From an uncultured Gemmatimonadales bacterium (GTDB lineage: Bacteria; Gemmatimonadota; Gemmatimonadetes; Gemmatimonadales; GWC2-71-9): a stretch of DNA of 64,000 bases. Both the position numbers and the translations under genes were made by a program. Of this stretch, positions 9,854 to 20,849 are shown piece after piece; positions within the stretch are counted from its first letter, which is position 1, and the number at the start of each line of letters is the position of its first letter. The notes below the pieces were generated by a model, which was given only the letters and a program-made list of their open reading frames with translations, was not told the origin of the DNA and did not search any database. Location: positions 192,001 to 256,000 of the forward strand of contig CAWGSK010000012.1 of NCBI GenBank assembly GCA_963825055.1, written 5' to 3'.

Positions 9854-10570
9854 TCACATGCTCTCCACCTCCAGCCCCACCACGTCCTCCACCAGCATTG
9901 TCTCATGGGTGAAGTACGGCTCGCCGTATCGGCGCCGGATGAGGGAGCCGTAGTGCGCGCTCTGGGTCGTCACCAGGCTGTACAGGTCCTGACCGGTCGG
10001 GAAAATCTCTCCCGCTGCCATGGCGCCCTCGAACTGGCTTCGGTAGCAGCGGATTGCTTCCATCTTGCGGTCGAACTGGTCGGTGATGTCGACCACGAAC
10101 GAAGGCTTCACCGGATCCTCCCGGTAGGCCAGCGCGTAGAGGACCTTGTGGGGGCGGTGGCGCTCGCCGCCCGCATCGTAACGGGCGAGTCCAGCGAGGA
10201 AGCAGGCATCCCGCCCGAGCTCGCTGGCCACGCGATGATCCGGGTGGCGCCCGACGGGAAAGGGCAGGATGACGACGCGCGGGGCAAAGTGGCGGATCTG
10301 CTCCACGACGATGCGGCGCATCGCATCGGTGTTCGCGAGGTGCGCGTCGGGCAGGCCGGCGTTCCGGCGCTCGACCACCCCCAGCACCTCGGCGGCGGCC
10401 GCAGCTTCCTCCGCCCGGAGTTCCGCGCTGCCGCGGGTGCCGGTCTCACCGGCGGTGAGGTCCAATATCCCCGTACGATGGCCCTGGTCCTTCGCCCGGA
10501 GCAGCGTTCCTCCGCAGGTCAGCTCAACGTCGTCCCGATGGGCGGCGATGGCGAGGATATCGACTGGCAT
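9854..10570 (-). CDS. bshB1: Bacillithiol biosynthesis deacetylase BshB1 (PIG-L family)
   Basis: VDILAIAAHRDDVELTCGGTL, DLTAGETGTRGS, RHPDH, VDIT..KMEAIRCYRSQF and YGEPY. Start 10570 or 10576. Confidence 0.85.
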   Translation of the reverse strand: MPVDILAIAAHRDDVELTCGGTLLRAKDQGHRTGILDLTAGETGTRGSAELRAEEAAAAAEVLGVVERRNAGLPDAHLANTDAMRRIVVEQIRHFAPRVVILPFPVGRHPDHRVASELGRDACFLAGLARYDAGGERHRPHKVLYALAYREDPVKPSFVVDITDQFDRKMEAIRCYRSQFEGAMAAGEIFPTGQDLYSLVTTQSAHYGSLIRRRYGEPYFTHETMLVEDVVGLEVESM

Positions 10571-10618
10571 GGGCATGAACGGTAAAGGGTGAGAGGGGAA
10601 AGGTGAAGCGCGGAGTAC

Positions 10619-10703
10619 GGCAAGCGGCAAGTGGCGAGTGGCAAGTGGCAAGTGGCAAGTGGATCTCTCCGCCATCCTCCACTTGCCACTTGCCACTTGC
10701 CAC
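10619..10703. repeat. Heptamer repeat (GGCAAGT)x6 followed by inverted (ACTTGCC)x3; forms a perfect 26-bp stem with a 14-nt loop
   Basis: 10638-10663 is the exact reverse complement of 10678-10703. Confidence 0.95.
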
Positions 10704-10710
10704 GTTCGGT

Positions 10711-11949
10711 CTACTCGTGCCTCAACGCCTCCACCGGGTCCATCCGGGCGGCGCGGTTGGCGGGGTAGAGGCCGAAGACCAGGCCGATCGCAACGCTGAC
10801 GGCGGCGGCCAGGCCGGCGCTCCAGAGCGGGACCGGGGCGGTGAAGCCGAGCAGGCCCTTGAGGGCAGCGCCGACCCCGAGCCCCACGCCGATCCCGATC
10901 AGGCCGCCGAGCAGCGTCAGGGTGGCCGACTCCACGAGAAACTGCCAGAGAATTTCGCGTCGCCGGGCCCCGAGGGCCTTCCGGAGGCCGATTTCCCGTG
11001 TGCGGTTGGTGACCGAGACCATCATGATGGCCATCACCCCGATCCCGCCCACCAGCAGGGCCACGCTCGAGAGGGCGACCATCACCGCGAAGAACGCGGT
11101 GGTCAGGTTATTGATGGTATCCAGGATCTGGTCCTGGGTCAGCAGGTCGAAATTGTCGGGCATCCCGGGTCGCAGCTTCCTCGCCCGGCGGAGGGCGACG
11201 GTGACCCGGTCCTGCGCCTCGCTGACCGGCAAGTCCGGGTCGCCCTTCACGGAGATGAAGAGACTGTTGGTCTCATCGTACCGGAAGTTGTACCTGGCTG
11301 TTCGGAACGGGACGATGCCGCCGGTCTGCTGGCCCGGGGGCTCGAAGATATTGTCGGGACGCTGGTAGATCCCGATCACGCGGAGCGCCGTGCCGCCGAC
11401 CCGCACGACTTTCCCGAGCGGGTCGATGCGGCCGAAGATGTGGTCGGCGGTTTCATCGGTCAGCACGACGACGGGCTCGCCCGACAACTCGCTCCGCGTG
11501 AAGAACCGGCCCCGGAGGAGGGTTCCTCCCTGGATGTCCATATAGCCGTCATCGGCCCCCCAGATGATGATCTGCTGGGTCCGCGCGCCGCGGTACTCCA
11601 CCCGCTGAAACACCTGCACCCAGAGTGACGCGTAGCGGATACCGTCCACGTCGTTGATGGCCGCCACGTCGGCCTCATCCACCACCGGGCGAATCCGGAC
11701 CTCGTAGGGCAGGTTGTTGGGGTCGAGCGGGGTCTGGCTGAAGTAGCGCAGTACATAGAACGCGGTGGGGCCGGCCGTCTCGAGCGTATTGAAGATCTGG
11801 GTGCGGATGCCCTGGACGATCGAGGCCATCGCCATGACCGTCGCCACGCCGATTACCACGCCGAGGATGGTGAGCGCGGAACGCAGCTTGTTCGCGCCCA
11901 TCGCCTCCAGGGCGAGGATGATGCCTTCTCCCACCTGTCCGGCACGCAT
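10711..11949 (-). CDS. MacB/FtsX-family ABC permease (type B')
   Basis: NKLRSALTILGVVIGV, periplasmic domain, VGGIGVMAIM.VSVTNRTREIGLRKALGA, PANRAARMDPVEALRHE. Confidence 0.92.
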   Translation of the reverse strand: MRAGQVGEGIILALEAMGANKLRSALTILGVVIGVATVMAMASIVQGIRTQIFNTLETAGPTAFYVLRYFSQTPLDPNNLPYEVRIRPVVDEADVAAINDVDGIRYASLWVQVFQRVEYRGARTQQIIIWGADDGYMDIQGGTLLRGRFFTRSELSGEPVVVLTDETADHIFGRIDPLGKVVRVGGTALRVIGIYQRPDNIFEPPGQQTGGIVPFRTARYNFRYDETNSLFISVKGDPDLPVSEAQDRVTVALRRARKLRPGMPDNFDLLTQDQILDTINNLTTAFFAVMVALSSVALLVGGIGVMAIMMVSVTNRTREIGLRKALGARRREILWQFLVESATLTLLGGLIGIGVGLGVGAALKGLLGFTAPVPLWSAGLAAAVSVAIGLVFGLYPANRAARMDPVEALRHE

Positions 11950-11950
11950 G

Positions 11951-13195
<1,245 letters not shown>

Positions 13196-13336
13196 GACAA
13201 CAAGATATGCGGGGCGCGGCGACTGGGGAGGCTGCAGGCGGGGCGTTGAGCGACGGCATGGGGCGGGCTGGGAGCGGTCCCAGGCGTTTCCCCGGGATAT
13301 AGCTATTCGCCCTTCACCATTCGCGACTCGCTGCCC

Positions 13337-14596
13337 CTACTCGTATCGCAGTGCCTCCACCGGATCCAGCCGCGACGCGCGACTGGCCGGGTACATGCCG
13401 AACAGCACGCCGGTGCAGATCGATGCGAGGACCGCCGCGACGACCGAGCCCAGGGGAATGGTGGCGGGGATCGGCGTGAGGGCGCGGGCCAGCCATGCCA
13501 CGAGCGCGCCCAGCCCCATGCCGACCATGCAGCCCACCAGCGTGAGCGTGGCGGCCTCCACGAGGAACTGGAACATGATTTCGCGCCGGGTGGCGCCCAG
13601 GGCCTTGCGGACGCCGATCTCCCGCGTCCGCTCCGTGACCGAGATCATCATGATGGCCACCACGCCCACGCCGCCCACCATGAGGCCGACGCTGGAGAGC
13701 GCGATCATGACGAGGAAAAAGCCCTTGGTGACGTTATTGAAGCTCTCCAGGAACTTGTCCTGGGTCACGATGGCAAAGTTGTTCTCCTGGCTCGGCTTCA
13801 GGCCGCGACTGCCACGGAGCGACGCCGTGACGGCGTCCTGCGCCTCGGCCACGGTCACGTTCTCCGACGGCATCACGGAGATCGACATCCAGCCCTTCCA
13901 GTAGTCCGCCACCTTGGTGAATGTCGTGTGCGGAATGGCCAGGCGGGGCTGGCCCCCGCCCCCGAAGAGCGAGGCGGCCTCGACGTGCAGGCCGATGACC
14001 TCGAAGGGCTCGCCGAAGACCTTGATCCGCTTGCCGATCGGATCGAGGCCGGGGAAGAGGTTCTCCGCGAGCTTGTCGTTGATGACGGCCACCCGGGCGC
14101 TCGAGGCATATTCGACCGGCGTGAAGCTCCGCCCCGCCTTGATCTCCCCGCCCGTGACCAGGACCCAGCTCACCCCGAAGCCGCCGACGCTGACACTGCT
14201 GAGCGAGGTACCATCGTAGCTGACAGGGCCGCTCGTGCCCTCGTCCACCGATACGTCGGTGATCTCGGGCAGCCGGCGGATCTGCTCGGCTTCATCGACC
14301 GTAATCCAGGGATTCTTCCGCCACGGCGACAGTTCGTCGCTGCCGTCCGAAAGGTTGATGCCCCCGGAGAAATACCGGAACACGAAAAAGGTCCGCGGGC
14401 CTGCGGTCTCCAACATGGCGGTCACGCTGTTGTTGATGCCGGTGATCATCGACCCGATGGCAATCACCACCATCACGCCGATCGCCACCCCGAGGATGGT
14501 GAGGGCGGCCCGGACCTTGTTGGAGCGGATGCTGTCGATCGCGATGCCTACGCCCTCGAGCAGCCGGGCGGGGGAGAGCAGGGTGATTCGGCTCAT
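13337..14596 (-). CDS. MacB/FtsX-family ABC permease (type B)
   Basis: NKVRAALTILGVAIGV, ERTREIGVRKALGA, PASRASRLDPVEALRYE. ATG 14596 overlaps the upstream TGA. Confidence 0.92.
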   Translation of the reverse strand: MSRITLLSPARLLEGVGIAIDSIRSNKVRAALTILGVAIGVMVVIAIGSMITGINNSVTAMLETAGPRTFFVFRYFSGGINLSDGSDELSPWRKNPWITVDEAEQIRRLPEITDVSVDEGTSGPVSYDGTSLSSVSVGGFGVSWVLVTGGEIKAGRSFTPVEYASSARVAVINDKLAENLFPGLDPIGKRIKVFGEPFEVIGLHVEAASLFGGGGQPRLAIPHTTFTKVADYWKGWMSISVMPSENVTVAEAQDAVTASLRGSRGLKPSQENNFAIVTQDKFLESFNNVTKGFFLVMIALSSVGLMVGGVGVVAIMMISVTERTREIGVRKALGATRREIMFQFLVEAATLTLVGCMVGMGLGALVAWLARALTPIPATIPLGSVVAAVLASICTGVLFGMYPASRASRLDPVEALRYE

Positions 14597-15831
14597 TCGG
14601 ACCTCAGGGCGACGATGGGGTCGAGCCTGGCGGCGCGCCACGCGGGATAGACGCCGGCGAGGATGCCGACGGACATCCCCAGGGCCACGCCCACGACAAC
14701 GGACCAGGGGGCAACGGCGGCGGGGAGCGGCGTGGCCGCCTTCACCAGGAACGCCAGCCCGATGCCGAGCATGACGCCCATGGCCGCGCCCGCGGTGGAA
14801 AGCGTGGTCGACTCGGCAATGAACTGCGCGACGATGTCCCGTCGCTTGGCACCGAGTGCCTTGCGGATGCCGATCTCACGGGTCCGCTCGGCCACCGCCA
14901 TGAGCATGATGTTCATGATAACGATCCCCCCCACCACCAGGGAAATCGACACGAGCGCCGGGCCCAGCATGAACAGGATCTTGGAGATGTTGTCCCAGAA
15001 CCCCAGGGCCTCCGCCGCTGTCTGCACGGTGAAGTTGTTTTCCTGCTGGGGCTTCAGCCCGCGACGCGTCCGCATCAGGGCCTCGACCTCGGCCGTGGCT
15101 GCCGGCAGGTTCTCGGCGGATGTATTGATGATGAGCTCGTCAAGGATGTTGATCGGGCAGATCAGGCGCCGGCCCGGCGCGCTGAACGGCATGATCGCGA
15201 ACTTGTCCTGCGAAAGGCCGAAGAGCGTGCCCTGCTTCTCGACGACCCCGATCACGCGGTAAGGGATCCCGCCGATCCATACACGCTGCCGCAGCGGGTC
15301 GAGCCCGGGGAAGAGACGCTCGGCCACGAGGTCGCCGATGACGACCACGGGCATGCCCGCCTTCACTTCCTGCGGGCTGAATGGCCGGCCCTGCGCCAGC
15401 CGGTAGTCCTTGAGCTCGAAATACGTCGGCTCGGTCCCGCGCAGCTCGATGTCCTTCGCGGCCTTCCCGCCGGCCATGAGGTCCACCCGGTCCGCACAGT
15501 AACGCGCGAAGGTGGCCGGGACGGTCATCCGTTCCTCGACGTAGTCCGCGTCGCCGACGCTGATCCGGGGCCGCCGGAACCATTCGCGCCAGGTCTCGTC
15601 ACTCACATTGCCGCTGACGAAGTCGGGGCGCTGGCGCAGCTGGAAACTGTTGAGCCCGCCGAGCGCATCCGTGACGCTGCTCTCGACGTACACGTTCATG
15701 CCCTGCACGATCGACACGACCGCGATCAGGAACGTGACGCCGATCAGCACGCCGATCAGCGAGAAGAAGCTCTTCAGTTTCTGGCTGCGGATGGCCGTGA
15801 GGGCCATGCGGATCGCCTCGAGAATCGGCAT
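14593..15831 (-). CDS. MacB/FtsX-family ABC permease (type A)
   Basis: KLKSFFSLIGVLIGV, GGIVIMNIML.AV.ERTREIGIRKALGA, PAWRAARLDPIVALR. Confidence 0.92.
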   Translation of the reverse strand: MPILEAIRMALTAIRSQKLKSFFSLIGVLIGVTFLIAVVSIVQGMNVYVESSVTDALGGLNSFQLRQRPDFVSGNVSDETWREWFRRPRISVGDADYVEERMTVPATFARYCADRVDLMAGGKAAKDIELRGTEPTYFELKDYRLAQGRPFSPQEVKAGMPVVVIGDLVAERLFPGLDPLRQRVWIGGIPYRVIGVVEKQGTLFGLSQDKFAIMPFSAPGRRLICPINILDELIINTSAENLPAATAEVEALMRTRRGLKPQQENNFTVQTAAEALGFWDNISKILFMLGPALVSISLVVGGIVIMNIMLMAVAERTREIGIRKALGAKRRDIVAQFIAESTTLSTAGAAMGVMLGIGLAFLVKAATPLPAAVAPWSVVVGVALGMSVGILAGVYPAWRAARLDPIVALRSE

Positions 15832-15832
15832 C

Positions 15833-16537
15833 TCAGGCCGCGACCACGGAGGCGTTCGGGGTGTCCTCGGCGATGGCCCCGTCCCGGATCACCACCAGCC
15901 GGTGCGCGTAGGCCGCCACCGAGGGCTCGTGGGTGACCAGTACGACGGTCTGGCCCTGGGCCTGAAGCTGGCCGAACACCCGCAGGATTTCCTCGCTGGT
16001 GGTGCTGTCGAGGTTGCCCGTCGGCTCGTCAGCCAGCAGGATGCTCGGCTCGTTGACGAGGGCCCGCGCAATGGCAACCCGCTGGCGCTGGCCGCCGGAG
16101 AGCTCGTTGGGCCGGTGGTGCATCCGGCTGCCGAGGCCCACCCGCTCCAGAGCGTGCTGGGCCTTCCGGCGCCGCTCGGCCGAGCTGGCGCCCGCGTACA
16201 CCAGCGGCAGCTCCACGTTGTGCAGGGCGGTGGCGCGGGGCAGGAGATTGAAGGTCTGGAATACGAAGCCGATCTCGCGGTTCCGCACGCGGGCCAGCGC
16301 ATCGTCCGGCAGCCGGCTCACCTCCTGCCCGTTGAGCCAGTACTCCCCGCCCGAAGGCGTATCGAGGCATCCCAGCAGATTCATGAAGGTGGACTTGCCG
16401 GAGCCCGACGGCCCCATGATCGCCACGTACTCGTTGCGCCGGATGTCGAGCGTCACCCCGCGGAGCGCATGGACGGTCTCGCCGCCCATGCGGTACTCAC
16501 GGCGGAGGTCCTCCACCCGGATGATCAGGTCGCTCAT
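15833..16537 (-). CDS. ABC transporter ATP-binding protein (MacB/LolD-type)
   Basis: Walker [19 protein letters not shown], signature [21 protein letters not shown]-loop VTH. Confidence 0.95.
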   Translation of the reverse strand: MSDLIIRVEDLRREYRMGGETVHALRGVTLDIRRNEYVAIMGPSGSGKSTFMNLLGCLDTPSGGEYWLNGQEVSRLPDDALARVRNREIGFVFQTFNLLPRATALHNVELPLVYAGASSAERRRKAQHALERVGLGSRMHHRPNELSGGQRQRVAIARALVNEPSILLADEPTGNLDSTTSEEILRVFGQLQAQGQTVVLVTHEPSVAAYAHRLVVIRDGAIAEDTPNASVVAA

Positions 16538-17799
16538 TCCGGGCCCCCCTGCGCGCTGACGGTCATCGCGCGCACGCGGGCGCTGTCCTTCAGGTCGCGA
16601 ATCGCCTGGTAGGTCCCGGCCACAATACTGTCGCCCTCCTGGACGCCGCTCAGCACCTCGAAAGCGTTCTCACCCGCGATACCGATCTTGACCGGCGTGA
16701 AGGTCGCCACACCACCCTTGACCGCGAACACGCCCTCGGTCTCCTTCGTTTTCCCGGCCTTCGCCGTGTCCCGCTTCACCGACTCGTTCGGGACCGCCTC
16801 GTGCTGTCGCACGGTCAGGGCGATGATCGGGATGCTCAGCGCGTCGTTCCGGGTATCGGTGATGATCTTGGCAGTGCAGCTCAGGTCCGGCCGGATCTGC
16901 TCCGGGGCGTTCTCGACCGTGACTTCCACGTCGAAATCCACCGCGCGGTCCTGGCTGCCGCTCGAGGTCTGGGTGGCCGTGAGCTGCGCGCTGTTGCTGA
17001 TGTCGGTGACCCGGCCGATGAAGGTCGTATCCGGGAAGGCATCGATCGTTACCGCCACCGAGTCTCCCAACGCGAGCCGGATCACGTCGGTTTCATCCAC
17101 CTGCACCTTGGCCAGAATCACCGACAGGTCCGCCACGGTCATCAGGAGGCCGGTCTCCCGCGAGAACGTCCCAGGCACCGCGACCTCACCCTCCTCCACC
17201 GCGAGCCGCACGACGCGCCCGTCGATCGGGGAGACCAGACGGGTCTTGGACAGGTTGTCCCGGGCCTCGGCCACACCCGCCCGCGCCTGCTCCACCTGCG
17301 CCTGGGAGGCATTGACGTTGGCCTCGGCCACCTGCTTCGACGTCTCGGCCTGCTCGACGGCCTCGTCCGAGATCAGCGAGGTGCCGGAGAGCTTGAGGTC
17401 ACGGGCCCGACGGAGCGCCCGGTCCGAGGCATCCAGATTGGCCCGGGCCTGCACCAGGGAGGCCTGGCTCGAGGCCAGCAGCGCTGCCGCCCGCGACACG
17501 GCGGCCTCGTACTGCGACGGGTCGATCTGGATGAGGAACTGGCCCTTGCGGACCACGTCTCCCTCCTTGACCGCGATCCGCGTGATGCGGCCGGTGATGT
17601 CGGCGCTGATATCCACCGAGGTCTTGGCTTCGATCCGGCCGCTCGCCGTGACCGATGCGACGAGATCCTGGCGCTTCACGGTGTCCATCCGGACGTCCAC
17701 CGCGCCCTTGTTCCCCCGGGCGGCGCCCAGGATCAGGGGCACGCCGATGGCGGCGATGATCAGGATCGAGAAGAGGCCGAGCTTCATGCGACGCGACAT
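16534..17799 (-). CDS. Periplasmic adaptor / membrane fusion protein (MacA-like)
   Basis: N-terminal anchor, lipoyl-like halves [13 protein letters not shown] and SPIDGRV, coiled-coil hairpin, VDETDV. Confidence 0.92.
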   Translation of the reverse strand: MSRRMKLGLFSILIIAAIGVPLILGAARGNKGAVDVRMDTVKRQDLVASVTASGRIEAKTSVDISADITGRITRIAVKEGDVVRKGQFLIQIDPSQYEAAVSRAAALLASSQASLVQARANLDASDRALRRARDLKLSGTSLISDEAVEQAETSKQVAEANVNASQAQVEQARAGVAEARDNLSKTRLVSPIDGRVVRLAVEEGEVAVPGTFSRETGLLMTVADLSVILAKVQVDETDVIRLALGDSVAVTIDAFPDTTFIGRVTDISNSAQLTATQTSSGSQDRAVDFDVEVTVENAPEQIRPDLSCTAKIITDTRNDALSIPIIALTVRQHEAVPNESVKRDTAKAGKTKETEGVFAVKGGVATFTPVKIGIAGENAFEVLSGVQEGDSIVAGTYQAIRDLKDSARVRAMTVSAQGGPE

Positions 17800-17819
17800 G
17801 GGCGCTGTCCTTGTGGGTT

Positions 17820-19343
17820 TCAGCGAAGGGGGCGGCCGACCGCGGCTTCCAGCGCCGCGATGGCCCGATGATAGTCGTACACTGCGTTGATGTAGTCCGC
17901 TTCCGCCTGGGCAACCGCCTGCTGGGCATCGGAGAGCTCAAGCGAGTTTCCGCTCCCCAGCCGGTAGCGATCCTGCGCCAGCCGGAGCTGGTCCCGCGCC
18001 GAGGCCTGGCTGGCCTCCTGCACCGCGATGGACCGGTAGGACGTCTCGATCGCGAGATAGCGCGACTCGACCTCCGCGCGTACCTGGAGGGCCTGGGCCC
18101 GCACCTGCTCCTCGGCGTCGTCCCGTGCCGCATTCGCCTGCGAGACCCGCAGCTGTCGGCTGAAGCCGGTGAAGATCGGGAGTGAGACGGTCAGGTTCAC
18201 GCTGAACGGCTGGCTCTGGTAACTGAACGGGAACACGTTGTTGCTCGTCTGGATCGCGTTCACGATGCTGGGGTCCAGCTGGTTCCGGGATGCGTCCGCA
18301 AAAGCGGCATTGCAGTTCAGCGGGGGCAGGGGATTGGAGATACCCGACCGGATCTGGTTCTGCACGTCGCAGTCGGCCGCCGCGGCCTGGGCCCCGGCGA
18401 GCTGCTGGTTGAGCAGCAACTGCTCGTTCGTGAACTCCTGGGTGAACCCGCTCCAGCCGGCCGAGGCGGAGATGCTGGGGAAATACTCCGACTTGGCCGC
18501 GGTGACCCCGTGCCGTGCCGCGGATTCCCGCGCGCGCAGGGCGCGCAGGGACGGGTTCTCCTGCTCCGCGAGCGACAGGATGGCGTCAAGCTGGTAGTCC
18601 GGCGCCACTACCGGGAACGTGTCCGACAGGGCCACCAGGTTCACTGACATCGGCGGAACTACGCCCATCCGGCGGAACAGCTCAAGCTTGCTGTCGCTCT
18701 CGCCCTGCAGGGCCCGGAGCAGGGCGACCTCGGAACGGCGCTGCTGGACCTCAGCCTGCCGCACGTCGATCAGCGTCGACTGGCCAACCTGATACTTTGC
18801 CTGCGCCAGCTTGAGGAAGTCCGTGTTCCGCACGACCTGCTGGCGGGCCGCCTCCACCTGGGCCGTCGCCTGCAGCGAAGCCAGGTACTGGTCCGTGACC
18901 TGGAAGTTGAGCTGGCTTTCCGCACTGCCGATCTCGGCCTCGGTGGCCCGGCGGTTCGCCTTGGCCTGGCCCGGCGCCGTGAGCGTGCTTCCACTGAGCC
19001 GCCAGCTGAGCCCGACGCGGTAGCTGGAATTGAGCGACGGCGAGGTCTGATTGAAGGTGGTGCCGCCGAAGTTGGAGCTGCCTGAGCCCGTGTAGCCGAA
19101 GCTCGTCGAGGCGTCCGCCGAAGGCAGGAAAGCCCCGTAGGCGCTCCGCACCGCCCAGTCCGCCGGTGCGGCATCGTTGAGCGTCTGCTGGTAGCTCGGG
19201 TTGTGCTGCCGCGCCTGCTGCAGTGCCTCGTCGAGCGAGACCGTGACCGCCGGGACCGGCCGGGGAGCGACCATCGTCGTGTCCTGCGCGGCCGCTTGGG
19301 ACGCGGTCAGGCAGAGGGCGGAGAGTGCGATCCAGCGAACCAT
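17820..19343 (-). CDS. TolC-family outer membrane efflux protein
   Basis: Signal peptide and two OEP repeats (AFLPS..., YFPSISASAG; AQAKYQVGQSTLIDV, AQDRYRLGSGNSLEL). Confidence 0.9.
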   Translation of the reverse strand: MVRWIALSALCLTASQAAAQDTTMVAPRPVPAVTVSLDEALQQARQHNPSYQQTLNDAAPADWAVRSAYGAFLPSADASTSFGYTGSGSSNFGGTTFNQTSPSLNSSYRVGLSWRLSGSTLTAPGQAKANRRATEAEIGSAESQLNFQVTDQYLASLQATAQVEAARQQVVRNTDFLKLAQAKYQVGQSTLIDVRQAEVQQRRSEVALLRALQGESDSKLELFRRMGVVPPMSVNLVALSDTFPVVAPDYQLDAILSLAEQENPSLRALRARESAARHGVTAAKSEYFPSISASAGWSGFTQEFTNEQLLLNQQLAGAQAAAADCDVQNQIRSGISNPLPPLNCNAAFADASRNQLDPSIVNAIQTSNNVFPFSYQSQPFSVNLTVSLPIFTGFSRQLRVSQANAARDDAEEQVRAQALQVRAEVESRYLAIETSYRSIAVQEASQASARDQLRLAQDRYRLGSGNSLELSDAQQAVAQAEADYINAVYDYHRAIAALEAAVGRPLR

Positions 19344-19381
19344 GGCGATGCGTCCTTTGGAATAGAGGGAGCCGACGCCTC

Positions 19382-19409
19382 TTACGGGAGCAGGGTATTC
19401 CAGGTTTCA
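19382..19409 (-). promoter_or_regulatory. Candidate ECF-sigma promoter for the tolC-MFP-ABC operon
   Basis: Minus strand reads TGAAAC-N17-CGTAA, ending about 40 nt before the tolC ATG. Confidence 0.55.
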
Positions 19410-19470
19410 GCCTGAGACGATGATCGTCCAAGACATTGTCATTTCGTAAGTTGAAAGGGGCGGGTAGTAG

Positions 19471-20112
19471 CTACGGTCGGAGGCGGACTACCTCGGTGTT
19501 CCGCTCGGGGAACTCCATCCGGACTACCCGGCCCCTCGCATCGAGTCGGAGGGTTCCGTTGACATCGCCAGTCATCTCCACGGCGGCGGCACCGTCTCCT
19601 CTGGTCTGCCGGAGGGTAACCGTCGCGCGCCGTCCCGTTCGTGGGAAGATGATGCGCACCCGCGTGCCCTCGTCGCTGGCCCGGGCAGCCAGGGCGAGAT
19701 AGAACGCGTACAGGCCATCGTCCAGCGCCAGGATATCGGGATTGCCGGGCATTTCCCGTGCGCTCTCGCTCCCCTCGCTGACCTGGTGGATGACCAGGAT
19801 CTCGTGTCCCATCTCGACCCGGAACCGGCTCGGGCCCCGGCCGCTGTCGTGATCCACCCGAAAGCTCGTGAGCCGGCCTTGCGCGTTCCGCTCGAGCACC
19901 CCAGTGAGCCGCAGCGGCGCCGCCGCGCCGCCGTACTGGGCGGTACTCATGATCGTGACTGCGTCCGGCCGGGGCTGGCCGGCGCGGACCGTGAACTCCT
20001 CCCGGGCGGCTTCCTGGCCGCCGCGACGGATTACGAACGTCCCCTCGTCGGTCTCCTGGGCGGAAGCCGCGAGCGGGACAAGCAGGAGGAGGGTGGCGGG
20101 CAGCAGTCTCAT
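19471..20112 (-). CDS. Secreted hypothetical beta-rich protein
   Basis: Signal peptide (..PLAASA-Q); ATGA overlap with the creatininase-family gene. Confidence 0.7.
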   Translation of the reverse strand: MRLLPATLLLLVPLAASAQETDEGTFVIRRGGQEAAREEFTVRAGQPRPDAVTIMSTAQYGGAAAPLRLTGVLERNAQGRLTSFRVDHDSGRGPSRFRVEMGHEILVIHQVSEGSESAREMPGNPDILALDDGLYAFYLALAARASDEGTRVRIIFPRTGRRATVTLRQTRGDGAAAVEMTGDVNGTLRLDARGRVVRMEFPERNTEVVRLRP

Positions 20113-20849
20113 GACTCCCCATCGGGTTCACAGAGGCCGAGGTCGAAGCACCGGTCGGCGATCCGGTCCAGAATGAATCTATACAGGATTTCCCCCTTCT
20201 CCGCAGACGCGGTGGTGGGGAAGCCCAGGGAGCCCTCTGAGCCCGCCGGGAGGCGTGCGCGCTTCATGAACTTCGCTGCGGCGCGCTCGCTGGGCTCGAA
20301 GTCGAGGGCCAGGTCCATGCGGACGAGGTCGGGCGCGATGTATAATAAGAGCGAAGTGTCGAGTTCCCCGCCGTGGATCGGGCCGACAGGCCGCTCGAGG
20401 AGGCTGGTGAAGTCCACGGCAAAGATGTCCACGAAATGGATGTTGGCCTCTTCCACCCGGATGGTGCTGAGTGCCTCCTGATGGGCGTCACCGCCTTGCG
20501 CGGTCAGGATGACGAACTCCCGGACGCCCGCGCCCGTTTCCCATGAGTCGATCAGTTCATTCATGACCCCGTGCAGGGTCTTTCGCCGCAGCGTTGCCGC
20601 CCCGGTCGTCGAAAGCTCGTCAGCCGTATTCACCCCGTACTCCACCGCCGGAGCCCGGATGACGCCGAACCGGGCCGAGAGGTCGTCGGCCAGCCGTTCC
20701 ACGATGATCGTGTCCACGCCAAGGGGGAGGTGGGACCCGTGCTGCTCGGTGGTGCCCACCGGCACGATGAGCCAGGGCTTCTCGTTGAGGCGCTCCCGGA
20801 CGTCCACGGGGGTCATGAACTTCAGTCGCCAGGGCTGTCGGTGATTCAT
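20109..20849 (-). CDS. Creatininase/MftE-family protein with a divergent metal site
   Basis: IVPVGTTEQHGSHLPLGVD, IHGGELDTSLLLYIAPDLV and G.PTTASAEKGE. Confidence 0.85.
   Translation of the reverse strand: MNHRQPWRLKFMTPVDVRERLNEKPWLIVPVGTTEQHGSHLPLGVDTIIVERLADDLSARFGVIRAPAVEYGVNTADELSTTGAATLRRKTLHGVMNELIDSWETGAGVREFVILTAQGGDAHQEALSTIRVEEANIHFVDIFAVDFTSLLERPVGPIHGGELDTSLLLYIAPDLVRMDLALDFEPSERAAAKFMKRARLPAGSEGSLGFPTTASAEKGEILYRFILDRIADRCFDLGLCEPDGES

Noticed and set aside
10577..10696. N-terminal extension of BshB1 in the ORF track (also the extensions of IscS, VIT-vWA and CinA)
   Set aside because: These are translations of intergenic repeats or of upstream genes. Family homology and start signals begin downstream.
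10619..10703. Possible CRISPR array (also considered for 52813-52884)
   Set aside because: Units are 7-8 bp and contiguous, with no unique spacers and no cas genes.
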